A DNA stretch of 64,000 bases from assembly GCF_009914755.1 (NCBI RefSeq), contig NC_060942.1. One strand, 5' to 3'. A program made the position numbers and the translations under genes. Shown here in pieces: positions 1 through 13,261 of this stretch. The notes under the pieces were generated by a model, which made no database searches, was not told the origin of the DNA, and saw nothing but the letters and a program-made list of their open reading frames with translations. The first letter of the stretch is position 1; every line of letters starts with the position of its first letter. The DNA is from the human T2T-CHM13v2.0 reference genome, Homo sapiens.

Positions 1-1319
1 GGTAATTTAACAGCCTTTGACTACAAGGCATCAGTTGTTGTAGATGTCTGCCGAGTATGAAATCTGACATTCTGCCTTGCCATGTTCTGCCAATAGCTTT
101 CAGCGTAATCTCTCACTGAGGCCCACTGGAGCCCCTTCGGAGCACTGTGCTTTCACGTGGAGCCTAAGTGGTCCTGTTAAGACAGACATCCACACCTGCA
201 TTCTGTCACATGTTCGTGTCATGTGGGTTTCCGATATGGAACATCAGATTATTTAAAATTGGTGGATTAACTAAATCGAGAATTTTCCCCTGATCTATGA
301 GGAAAACATCTCTACTGACAAGTTGAAGCCCTTTGAACTCTTCCAGATAGGCTTACATGCTAATGCATAGGCTTCTGTGTCTCTGAGGAGCAGTATAGGC
401 TGGACAGGCAGAAAAGAGAAAAGGATTGCTGTATCCTATGGCATAGACTTTTAACCATTTAGTCAATTGTGATTTTGTTTAAATCTCCATGTTTATGTGT
501 TTTTAATTTAACTTGTTTGCTTTCTGATGCATTTGATGGCTTTGCTGATGGTCTGGATAATACTTGCAGTAGCTCTTTATATGACTGTTTATGTTTCAAA
601 GCCAACAAGAAACATCTGTGAGTTAAAATCAAGCAACTTGTATTCATGTAGATCAGCGTCAGCAATGCCTTCCTCTTACCTCAGCAGTCAGATGGTGGTG
701 AGAGCCTAAAACCAACCAGTCATCAGCGAAGCTGTGCCTGCCTACAAATTCCACACTGCCACCACACACATCCTGGTAAGATGTTTGTATGGAACATCTC
801 CTCAGAGAAGGGACCATGCAAGCAGGTCACATTCCATGTGAGTTTCCTTCTTGTATGTTTCATGGCGATGTTTAGTAGCCTATCTCACACACGTTTTCAC
901 ATCAAAGATGGCTCATTTTAAGCCCCTTCTTGACTTTAAGTCTAAACAGATGTTAATAAAGAATAGGAGAGGAAGAAGATTAATCTTATAAGCCTGTGAC
1001 TGAGTGGAAAGTATAGATGTCTCACGTCTTGGCAGGCTCCACAGAAGGTGAGGCAGTAGAGGGAGCAGTGCCTGTTGATCGGCCACCGAAAGTGTTCCTC
1101 ACTGGAGAGTCCCCTCTCTGCGAGATCCCCACAGTCAGAATACGTTCTTCTTCTTTTGATGTTTGTGCCAGTATGACTCGGAGTAAGTTACTAGTTTCAT
1201 TGGCATTTGCCGACTACTTCTGGATCCATGACTCTTACTGTGGTTGCTAGGATTTGGGATTTGATTTTGTGAATTTTCTCTTTATACTTTCTCCATTTTT
1301 ATTGGGGATTTTTAGTACT

Positions 1320-1349
1320 TTTCATGTAAACTTGCAAGTTTACATGAAA
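1320..1349. repeat. 30-bp perfect palindrome (no spacer)
   Basis: tttcatgtaaacttg|caagtttacatgaaa is identical to its own reverse complement; pairing fails at 1319/1350. Confidence 0.97.
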
Positions 1350-1539
1350 TTTGCAATATTACAAATGTTAACATTTTAATGTGGTCTAACTTTCAACTAT
1401 ATATTTAAGATTTATCTATTTTTTTCTGCACTTATGGCACCTTTTGTCTTACAAGGTGCTTTTCATTTTTTATCAAATCAGGTTGTTTAACGTGGAGTCC
1501 TGAAAGAGAGGCAGTGCGCCTTTGGGACCTTCACGGATG

Positions 1540-2530
1540 CATGTAGTCACATTGAATTGAGTGAGAATTTGGTGAAACAGGGGTATGGAATAATGTGACC
1601 AAAGATTTGGATGCGAGAAAATAGCATTCCTTGCGTGGGGGACAGTGGGCAGTCATGTAGCTCTAGAGCTCAGAAGAGAGCAGTGTTGATTGTGGAAGAT
1701 CTTGGAGTCCATGTTAAATGGTCTGGACCTCATCAAATAGGTCGTAAGGAGCCATTCCATGTGTGAAGACATAGAGGGGTAACGTAATTAGATATTGATT
1801 TTGGAAGATGATACTACTGTGATTAAGAAAGATTCAGAAAGACAAAGATGGAGGCAAGCATTCATTAAGAGGTGATGGAAATAAAAAATGGTGTTGATTG
1901 TGAACATTTTTAGAGACCAACTACAAGAGGCAGCACACTGTGTATGGAGCATGAGGAAGACGGGTTGCAGATGACTTCCAGATGTATGGCTTAATGATTG
2001 GATGATGAGGCTCTTTAGCGAGGAGGGACATACTGCCATCCTAGATTGAGAAAGGAGGGGTAGAGTACAGTTTTGGTTTAAAACATGGAAGTATGTGATA
2101 CAGATGGAACATCCAGGCATCTAATAGTCTCCTGAAAGCGAAAAATTGAAGATGAAAAACTTAAGTGGGAATGGAGACACAAATTTAAGAGCTGTGGACA
2201 TGGAGGTGGTCATTGAAGTGGTAGAAGGAAGTAGCTTCAGCCCGGGATTGAGTATATCATGTAAGAAGGAATCCAAGACTAAAGCCATAGGATGACAATG
2301 TGCAGGGAGCTGGGAAAACAGCAGGAACCATCGGGAGAGGCGTGAGGGCTGTGGGCGGCAAATGAGACCTGTGGAGGCTGCTGTGTAGTTTGAAGGGAGA
2401 GATGTGGGAAAGGCTCATCAAATGCTGAGAGAGAAGGGACGACTTCGCGGGCAGCACTGCTTTTGAACCTTCTCCAGTGCTCTGTCAGTGAGAGTAGAAT
2501 TAGCGACACCTGGGTGTGGTACGACCGAGA
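1540..2530 (-). mobile_element. Degraded LINE-2 (L2) fragment
   Basis: Purine-rich tract with L2 antisense-like motifs (e.g. taaggagccattccatgtgtgaag...attagatattgattttggaagatgat; gagttttggttt-like block; ggaggtggtcattgaag). Boundaries approximate. Confidence 0.6.
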
Positions 2531-2629
2531 AACTGATAAGGAAGGAAGAAGTAGAACCTGTACCCGCTTCCTACACACCTCTGTAGAGTCTACTTGGTGC
2601 AATAGCTTCGTGGCCCTTATACATTGTGA

Positions 2630-2992
<363 letters not shown>

Positions 2993-3009
2993 AAGAATTA
3001 TATTTTTAA

Positions 3010-3200
3010 TGTATGATGAATTCATATAAATCAAAATCATAGGAGAACTCTAAGATAGCAGTGGAAAAATGGAAAAAGGACATGATTGAAAGATTTATGA
3101 AGAACTGAAATACATCATGAAATAATGTTCGACCTTAATAGTAGCCAGAGAAGTATAAAATAAAATAAAAGGACCATTTATTATTAATGAAATAATCTAT
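3010..3200 (+). mobile_element. Old L1M ORF2 3' fragment
   Basis: gaaaaatggaaaaaggacatga...atgaaataatgttcgaccttaatagtagccagagaagtataaaataaaa resembles the L1 gggcaaaggacatgaac...atgctcaacctcactagtaatcagagaaatgcaaat segment. Confidence 0.45.
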
Positions 3201-3714
3201 TTAAAAACACCACTTTACGTATCTGTGATGGTTTATTCCTAGTTTTCTCAAAAACTTGGATTTTTGGAGGGACCTCACAAAAAGCACTAATCCAGCTGAA
3301 AGATGAATCCAGTAGTTTTTAATGTATTTTGTTCAATCATTATTGTTTTAACTCTAAGTGTTAACTTAGGTAATCTGTGGTGTTTGCCAGTTGTCACGTG
3401 GGGTCGCAAAGGGAGAAATACTGCGAATATTATATTTTATTAAAATAACAGATTTTAATAAAGGGTCGTGTTCTTGCGTAAAAGCTGCTTCCACTGTTGG
3501 AAAAAAAAATGTGTTTCCCTCTATTCTGAAAGAAGGCTGTTTTTAACACTAAAATTATCCGAAATGCTACATAAGTAAATCCTTTGTAAACGATGACATA
3601 AAAACTAATTCCAAAACGGAAGACGAGTTGACATCTCTGTAACCCCTTCCCCATGCTTTTTTTTTTTTTTTTCTTTAAAGAGTCACTGGACACAGTGTTA
3701 ATTGCTGAATTTCT

Positions 3715-4007
<293 letters not shown>

Positions 4008-4599
4008 AATTGTTGAATTTCTAATTCTCTACTAAGAATTCTTTACTAAGAATTAGAAATCCTCCTTTCTCTATGAGGATGATAGTTTCCAACCTAAGAA
4101 GATTCATTTGCAGGCATGAGTGACATGATTTTTTTACATAAGAATATGTTGCCCACAAATATTTTGAGACATTTGCTGAGAAAATCCTGCATGAAAGGAA
4201 GCCAGGAACCCAGCAGAGGAAAGAAAGGGAGCACCAGTCCTGCCATCACCGGCTCCGCTGCGGCCACTTGGAGAGGAGCCCGGACAGCCTTCTCAGCCCC
4301 AGACACACTGGGGATTGGAGTATTTTTGCCATCTACGATATCAAGGCCTCTGGGCATTTGTGATTTCAGGGTATCACATCAATGTTGCTACTTGCCTGGC
4401 ACCATCAAGATTTTGGTGTCAGGTGAGAGAATGGGTAAGGACGCCTCCAGGAGCCAGTATTCCCTGAAATGTCTAAGAGCTAGAAGCAGTGTTACTAATG
4501 CCGGGAAGCATCATTCCTGTCCATGGGGCTCTTGTCTCTGTAGTAACAGTGTCCAGCTGCAGGACAGTGTCTTGATACTCAACGCCCAAGGGCACAGAA

Positions 4600-4613
4600 C
4601 AGCCACCTAGTGC
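4600..4613 (-). promoter_or_regulatory. Candidate CTCF core motif
   Basis: Minus strand reads GCACTAGGTGGCTG versus consensus CCASYAGRKGGCRS (two mismatches), inside a locally GC/CpG-richer patch. Motif match only. Confidence 0.35.
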
Positions 4614-7429
4614 AGAGGCACCCCCGTCAGTGGGTGCTGTGCAGGGTGAGGCGGGGCACGGGCAGCGGTTACATGCCACAGGTGTCCGCAGTGCCCTGGG
4701 CAGCCGGAAAGTGCGTCTAGGAGTGAGTCCCTGGAAAGCCGCAGCTCCAGGCCTCAGTTGAGTGACAGGTTCTGTCAAATGCTCATAACTCAATATCACT
4801 CTGCTCGAGACCCGAGGGCCACCAAGGAAAGTGTAATGGAGCATTTGGACTTCCAAGAAGCTTACGATCTGTTCCTGGTTCAGACAAGATTAAGTAACTT
4901 TGTGGAAGGCTAAGAACATGATGAGGTTCATAGAGTATGTTCAGTCATGTGACAGAGGGTAAATGTTCTCAAGTACTTACTTCAACAGAGAGGGAGACTA
5001 TGAGGCTAGAGGGGTCCCGAAAGGCTTCCTACGGAGGGCACTGTCGCTCGGCCCTGGAGGAGCGCAGGATGTGACTGGGGAGGACGCGGCGTGGACCAGC
5101 CAAGCCACACACATGGAGACCCAAGCGTTGATCTCTGAGAAGAGTCCTGAGCATGGTGGTTTCATTTCAAATGTGGATTGTTTTCCAGTTACAATTTTAC
5201 TTTGCTTTAAGCTATAAAAACTATAAACATATGCTACAAATTTATTCTAAAATATATGCCACATGAAATTGAAACTTACCCAAATGCTGGTATGAGGCTT
5301 GTAGGATTTAGTGGCTTTGTAACTGAACTCTGAAATAGCACATTTTCCCATATTCCACTTTTTCTGTTGGCTTAAAATGGGAATTCAGCACACAGCCAAT
5401 AATTTGAGTGCTTATGATGGGCTTCTTCACAAGATTTATCTAAGAGAAAGGTGAGTACTTGGTTTTCAGAGAGCTACCAATACAGCAGGACACCTCCATT
5501 GTTAAAGGTGATCTAGGAGTAGTATTGAAAACATGTGCCTACAAATGTGCGGACTTTTTAGCATTCTCTAAGGTTTCCTTCTTTTGCGAACTTTTCAACA
5601 TCATGTGTCTTTAAAGGTTTGGAAATTGCCTGCCTTTATGATGTGTTAACCTTTTCTACACAGCGTCCTATTGAAGACAATCTAACCTTAAAGCCCGTTA
5701 TTGAAAATACCTCCACTGGTAAAACCCAGACATTCTATAGTCTCTTTCTCAAAGCACCACTGTTGAATCTTTGCTTTATATGAAATTAACTTACCTCCTT
5801 CAAAATAAGAAAATCCAATAATTATTATTGGCGATTATGGAATACTTACCGAGTTAATCTGTAATTAGCATTTTCCAGTGACTGTTGATTTGGATAAAGT
5901 TGCATTCAGTTCACCACAATCATTGGAAACTTACAAAGCTCAGACTTTATTACTGAGTTCCCTTGCTACTCATCAGGGATGCAGCTATCACTCATACTCC
6001 AGTGGCCAGTAATCAGGGCGTTGCCTGTTAAGGGAGGAACCTCTCGTCACTGTCTTAGGAGCGTCACCTCTGTTTCCTCTCTTCATCCCACAGCAGGTAG
6101 ATAGATAAAAATATTGTAGCATCTAACAAGCAGACATTGAATTTTTGTTCTAAAACGGCAAATTAAATCTGTCTCTGGTGGTTCCAAATTATGTAAAATA
6201 AAAAAGAAACTTTTATCACTGATAGGTCTTGTCATTTCTATTCAGTAGCATTTTTAAAAAATTGATGAATTGGAACTTCTTTTCTTCCAAAGAAACTCAT
6301 CAACCCTGTTCATTGTTATTCCTGAAAGGCTTACTTCCCAAGTGTAAAGTTGTCTGAAAAAAAATTTTTTTCCTTTTATCATCATTTAATTTTCCTAATA
6401 ATGCTGCTACTGTAATAGCTTTTTATAAACCAAGAACATGATGTTTTTCAAAAACCAAGCCAACTAGTTATGCCATGTGGATCAAAGGGAGCAAAGTGTG
6501 GCAGAAAACACTTTCCTATTGTTTTAATAACTAATTCCATGATTGCATCATCTTCCCTTAAACTGCACTATTTTTTTTTTAAATCAGTTTTGCGATTTGA
6601 GTAGTACCCGGCTTTTGCTGTTTCACGCTTTATGGTCCCCTCATTCAGAGCTTGCTGCTAGAGGTCCCTTTTCCTGCCATTGTGTTCTCACTTGGGGGTA
6701 TGGCCCCATTAAGGTAGGCACAGTCAGGTGTTATCTTAGGCTGTGTAAGCCATTCTACAGCATGCAGTGTTTGTTCCTAAAGAAGTGTTCACTTTGTAAT
6801 TTCCCAAATGAAAATAGGAAGTGCTAGAATCACATGATAAACTTGCGTATAACAACCGTGATATTCTGTGAGTTTTTTTCTGTTTGTTTGCTCAGTTCCT
6901 AAGGCCCTAGCACATAATTAGTGGCTAGTATTGTTGCTTTTTTGAATGATTTATGAGTCAGTCGGTCTTTGGGTAGTCATGAAGAATATGACTTCTATAC
7001 AGAGGAAATATTTGCCAGGCCCAAAGCTAAACAAAATTAAGTTATTTAGTTTTACAAACATAGCAATTAGAAGGAAAATGAACAGGAGTTGTGGCTTTGA
7101 ATTTGGAGAAGCAGGATAGGCACTGGGACACGCCAGGAGCATCCATGGTGACCTCACCGTCTTTTCCTCAGCATGCTAGTGACAGAGAGAGGCCACACTG
7201 GCTGTGGAGCCTAAGAGGAGAAAGGAGTCCCACACCCGTCATGGCTCCTGGTGGCATTGCTGTTAGCCTGGCACCGAGCAGCTCAGCCTGTAGCTACTGG
7301 AGAGTTAGCAAAGATGAAGGGGAAAGAACTGGCAGGTCTATCTCATTTGATCTTCTTGTATAGATGTTTTTAATAATTATACATCAGTCTGTTGTAATAG
7401 TATTTGGCAGGTCATAGACAATTTCTGTC

Positions 7430-7600
7430 ATATTACTTGATAACAGCCCTCTGAGGAGGGAAAACCATCTCTCTTCTTTTATAGAAAATCAAATTGACTT
7501 TAGAAAGGCTAGGGATTTGTCCACATTTCTATAACCAGTAGTTAACAGAACTAGCTCTCGGACTAGGGTTCTTCTCTGTGTACCTCGTTGTCCAGGTCGT
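7430..7600 (-). mobile_element. MIR fragment
   Basis: aacagccctctgaggaggg...ttttatagaaaatcaaattgacttagaaaggctagggatttgtccac follows the antisense MIR core (aaccctatgaggtagg...ttttacagatgaggaaactgaggcacagagaggttaagtaacttgccc). Confidence 0.55.
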
Positions 7601-9254
7601 TAGCCACTCCCAGCGAGCCTCGCCTAAGCCTGCGCTGCCCCTCACATACCTCAGGTGAGTGCTGCAAATGTTCCTGCCGCTGCTCACTGCAACTGAAGTT
7701 ACCAGAGGAAAAAAAAAGTCATCACATCTTTTTTAAAAGTACCTGGGCCATCCAAATCATTCCTGCCAAAAACTATTCTAAAATTTAATAAGATCAGCAA
7801 GTTAAAAGTTTAATTTTTATTATGTTTACAATATATGACATATTGGTTTTATGTCCAATTTTTAATTCCATATCAAATTGTATGTAGTTTATGTTTAGAG
7901 TTCATTTAGGTTCAGCATGTAAGTTGTTATGACCTTTTATAGGTCTTAAAACATGATTTCAGTTCATTCTTAACTTTGTGTTACCTGCTCAACATCCAAT
8001 AAATGGATGTTAATAACCAACTATGTGCCATAGTGCCCAAAACCTAAAAACTAAATGATGGTTAAGAAAATCCCGTATTGTTTCTGAGATTTATTTAATG
8101 CTATGTTTGGGCAGAAATGCCACCATTAATTATAAAATGGAAATTTGTTGAAGCAAAGACGATCCACTCTGCCAAAAAGTTTCCAGGGATCAAAGATGGT
8201 GAAGAGCTGGCCCTGCATTTGTGATTAACAAAGTATCACATAACTGGACTTCTCTAGTCCACTCAGGATCATTGGCTCTGATTCTGAATGTGCGTAGAGT
8301 CAAATTGTTTACCTTTTGAAGATCTGTTCATTTATTTTTAACTCTTGAGTCCAAATTTGAAAAATATATTACAGTATTTTTAGAATTTTGTAGTGTGCTA
8401 GCTCTCAGCAATATAAATTACCTTTTCTAATAATATATGCAGTGATACATTAGTGACCCCAAAGACCGAATGCATTGTCGATATTTGAGCACAGTTCTGA
8501 TTAGTGCATCCTATATTCATAAAAGAATAGTCTTTTCTTTATACATTTTGTTGGTATTATTTTTACCTCTTTATTTGAATCACCCTGTTAAACAGTTTCA
8601 GCTTTAACTTTGTTCACTACTCTGGTAATTTTTACCTCCTTAAAATACCCTTTATACATTAATATGTTCCTGTGTAGGAAGAAAAATAAAACATGAAAAG
8701 GTGAATAAATATTGCTGATCATTCAATACAGAGAATTAGTTATTTTAGAGTTACAGTGTTTCCTATATCATATTAATTCAACTTCTTTTTGTTGATGTCG
8801 TTGACATGAGGAAAGTCTGGAGTCTACTAAGTGTTTATTAATAGGAACTATGAGAACAAACTTTAGACTAATCTTTGAGTTCCTGGCTAATTATTACAAC
8901 CACCTAAATTAGTGTTATCCTTAGGGAAAGCAAACAAAAATAAGGAGGAAAGCCAGTCTTCCAACTAATAACCGATGTTAAAATTCGGAATTAAGAGAAA
9001 AAGAAATGTGTGGCTCTAAATCATTCCATTCTGGAGGCCTTTAGAGAGGATCGAGCAGAAGGGACCTTCTGGCGCTGTTCTGAGCTGCCACTCACTGCTG
9101 GGACAGGAGCCACACGTGGGGCCCAACTCTGCCTGTTGCTTTGGGCCATTGAACAGCCAGGGTAGTACAAAAAACTGTCATTGCTTGACAGTGAAACAGG
9201 AAGGAAGCAAATGGACCCCGTGGCCTTCCTAACCTTAGACCACACTTTTTCCAG

Positions 9255-9435
9255 GCAGAGCGTATGGAATTGTGACTGCCAACATCAGAGTTCTAGTCTA
9301 GCCCTGCCACCAGACTATGGACTGATATGTTTCCCTGATTGAACTTCAGTTATAATCTTTGTAAAATGAAAATAATTTCTTGTTGACTGGCTCATAGAAT
9401 ACTTATGAGGATGGAATATGAAAGCAGTGTGTGTA
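9255..9435 (+). mobile_element. MIR fragment
   Basis: gagttctagtctagccctgccacc...cttcagttataatctttgtaaaatgaaaataat...ctcatagaatacttatgaggat matches the sense MIR core. Confidence 0.5.
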
Positions 9436-11149
9436 CTGCAGCATCCTGTGTGAACATACAGCATTTTTGCCATCTCCATGTCACTGTGTGTCCTCAGCAT
9501 TGGCACTCATTGTATGCAGACACATCCACTGCCCCTCACAGCACACAGCAGTTTCACCATAAGACAGACTTCGGCATACAAACTAATAAATACAAATGCA
9601 GTCTAGTGTTGATTTTTCTGCTGACGTTTGACAACTTACTGTGAAATAGGAATAAATGTGAGCTCTCGGTGGGAATAGTTAACATACTTTAGGATGCTAG
9701 ATGCACTGCCAGAAAACTTTAACTACGTCATGTACTCTGTTACCAAAGGAAGTATTTTGACATATTATAGTGAAATGGCACTACTGTTAAATTAAGAATT
9801 GTCACCAAAATAAAATTTAAATACTCCAAAGAAGCCATTTAGCTAATACTGTTTCTCGGACCACATGAGTTTACAAATTACTAGTGTATTATATGAAAAT
9901 TCAAGAAAGTCTAACCATTTCAGCCATTGAATAGTAGCCCCCATCCATGAATGTCATCCATTTTATACTTGGCATTCTCTCTCTCAGTTTCACTTTAAGC
10001 TTTTATTTAACAACTACAGTGTGGTTTCGAAAACATCTCCAATTTTTTCCCTCTCAGAGGAAACATGCAATCATATTATGTTACAATAAATGTAGATAGC
10101 TGGAAGTAAATTCAGATTGTCCTTAGTTCTTAAAAATATGGATTGAAAAACACACACAAACGCACACACACTTTTCGATGAGTATGTGAATGAAGAATAT
10201 GCCGTATCCTGTATATTCCAGACAAAAATCCTGTTTATTCTTCTATTTTTTCTCTTAGTTATATTATTTCTAAGAAAAAGGGGGAGATTTTTTAAAATGT
10301 ATTATGTTTATCTTTCTTATACATTCTTTAACATGTTAATGTATGTTCATATAGGATATTGTGTCTAGTATTTGTTTAAAATATTAGGACTAGTATCCTT
10401 CATGTAAAGGTATTTTTGAGCTTTTTAAAAATATTTTTTATTCTCGATGGGCAACCCCAACACCAGACATTTTGACTAAACATCATATAAGTGTTTCAGG
10501 AACAGACAAAATACATTAGCTGATACACATCGCGTGTGTTAGAAATGGCATACTCCGAAGTGCATTGAGCACTGGAAAGTTCATGCTGCTTAGAGGCGTG
10601 TCGTTGTGTCAGTACCGGGGAATTTTTTTCAAGCTTTTAATCCATACATAGATAAGTCCAAAGTTGTTAAGATCACATTGATTTTATAGCTCCTTTGATA
10701 GACGATAACATCATCAGTGTCTGTGAAATTTATTACAGCAATATGTAGAGAATGGTGCAATTATTATTATAGGTCTTACTGTATTACCAAACCCAGTAAG
10801 ATTGTACGCGAGGAACGGTGAGCTCACGTGTGGTGTCCGTGTTCATCTCCTCCAACAAGAATGTGTGTTGAGAAAAGAGCCACCTTAGCAGGAAGCATCA
10901 CAGGCTTCTCTATTGATCGGGCTCTGTTTAAGCAATAAGAGAATGTCTCCTTTCAGTGACAAATAAAATTCTTGAAGAGAGGAGAATATGATGTGAACTC
11001 TGAGGGGTTAGTGAAGCTGCCTGTCTTGTGTGCCTGTGGCCTAATTAAAAGTTAGAAAAATACAGCCAAGGAAATTAAATTTTAAAGCAAAACTAGAAAA
11101 AAAAAACTGGATTAGAATAATGTTCAAATACTTAGGGATACATTTTTTA

Positions 11150-12862
11150 AAATATATTCAAGACCTGTACAATAAAAACTACAAAACACCGCTTAGAGGA
11201 GTTAAAGAAGACCAAGATAGTAGAGATTCCACATTTATAGATGGGAGGACTCAGTGTTGTTAAATGTCAGGTATCCCCACATTGATCTATAGATTCAACA
11301 CAATCCCAGCCAAATCCTAGGAGGCTTTTGGTAGAAATTGATGAGCTGCTTCTAAAATGTGTGTGGGAATGCAAAGAACCTGTAATAATCAAAACAGTTT
11401 TGGAAAAGAAAACAAACTTGGAAGACATGCATACTGGATTCCAATACCTACTCTAAAGATACAATAATGAAGACATATGGATGCAAGAAACATAGTCGGA
11501 AGGCCACAAATAGACCCACACAAGCGTGTGGTCAGTTGATTTTCAACAAGATGCCAAGGAGGAAGGAATGATCTTTTTAATTAACGGTTCTGAAATATTA
11601 TATATCCATATAAAAAAATGAACCTTAACCCTTACACCATTCAAAAAATTGCCTCAAAATGGATCAAAAGCCTAAATATGAAAGTTAAACTTCTAAACCT
11701 TTTGGAACAAAACATAGGAGAAAATTTTTCTGACTTTGAGATATTCAGAGATTTCTTGGATAGGATGTAAAAAGCACAAATGGTGAAAGAAAAAGAACTG
11801 ATAAATTGAACCATCAAAGTTGAAAGCTTTTGCTCTTCAAAAGATACTGTTAAGAAAATAAAGAGAAAAGATATATATATATAGATAGATATAAAATAGT
11901 TTTTATATATTTTTATATATATCTGGCCTAGTTCTTGATTCTAGAGTACTTAAAGAACAAATCACCACTCAAAAATAAGACAAAAACCCAACTAAGAAAA
12001 ATAGCATTGTTCAATTCTGTAACCCTAAAACTTGAAGTATAATAATAATAAAAAAAATAAATAAACAAACAAAAAAAATAGCAGAAGACAATGTGCAAGT
12101 GGCCAGTAAGTAGATGAGATGGTGTTCAATGTCACCACCCTTCAGGACAATACAATTAAAGCCACGAGGAGATGCCACTACATACCCATCAAAATAGCTA
12201 ACAATCAAAAGACAACCTATACCAAATGTTAGTGAGGATGTAGTCATCTAGAATTTTCAGACATCGCTGGGGAGAGTGTGAAATGGTACAGCCACTTTAC
12301 AAAACAGTTTGATAAGTTCTTATAAAATTAAACATACACCTATCCACTATATAACCTAGCCATCCGACTCCTAGGTTTTTAACCAAAATAAATGAAAAGA
12401 TGCATCCACCTGAAACCTTATCCATGAATGCTCATGGCAACTTTGTTCAAGTAATCGAAAGTTAGAAACAACTCAAATGTCTATCAAAAGATAAGTAAAT
12501 AAACAAGTTATGGTCAATGGAATACTATTTAGTAAGAAAAAGGCCTGAACTAACAACATGGATGCGCCTCAGCAATGTTATCCTGAGAGAAAGAAGTGAG
12601 ACCCAAGCAAATACTACTCTACGATTCAATTTATGAAGCTCTGGAAAAGACAGATCTCTAGGGACAGAAAGCAGATATTTGATTGACAGGATGTGGGAGG
12701 TTACTGACTACAGGAGGACACTGAGGAACATTTTGGTGTCCAGGATATGTACATTATCTTGATTGTGGTGGTGTAACCACAGGGCTGTATAGATTTGTCA
12801 AAACTCAGCACAATGTGCAAGCTACATGGGCACTGTTTATTGTATATCACACAGACCTCATA
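11150..12862 (+). mobile_element. Old L1M (L1MC/L1ME-type) ORF2 3' part plus 3' UTR
   Basis: Colinear L1 motifs: caagacctgtacaataaaaactacaaaac; ttgatctatagattcaacacaatccc; aaatggtacagccactttacaaaacagtttg; caatggaatactatttag; tatcttgattgtggtggt...gtcaaaactca. Many stops and indels. Confidence 0.85.
12007..12070 (+). mobile_element. Miniature L1PA insertion with inverted 5' piece, nested in the old L1M
   Basis: TSD aagaaaaatagca (11994-12006) / aaaaaaaatagca (12071-12083). Insert = (ca)ttgttcaattc (reverse complement of L1PA gaattgaacaatg) + tgtaaccctaaaacttgaagtataataat (L1PA terminus) + A-rich tail. Confidence 0.78.
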
Positions 12863-12960
12863 GAGCATTTAAGCGAGAAAGGGCACATGCCAAGAATTAT
12901 CCTACTTCCTTTCGAAGATTCTATGAACTTAGCATTTTAGATATTGGAATTACATTTCTT

Positions 12961-13261
<301 letters not shown>

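Noticed and set aside
4116-4856. Longest non-repeat ORFs (164 aa on +, 127 aa on -)
   Set aside because: No recognisable domain or homology; expected by chance in a locally GC-richer patch.
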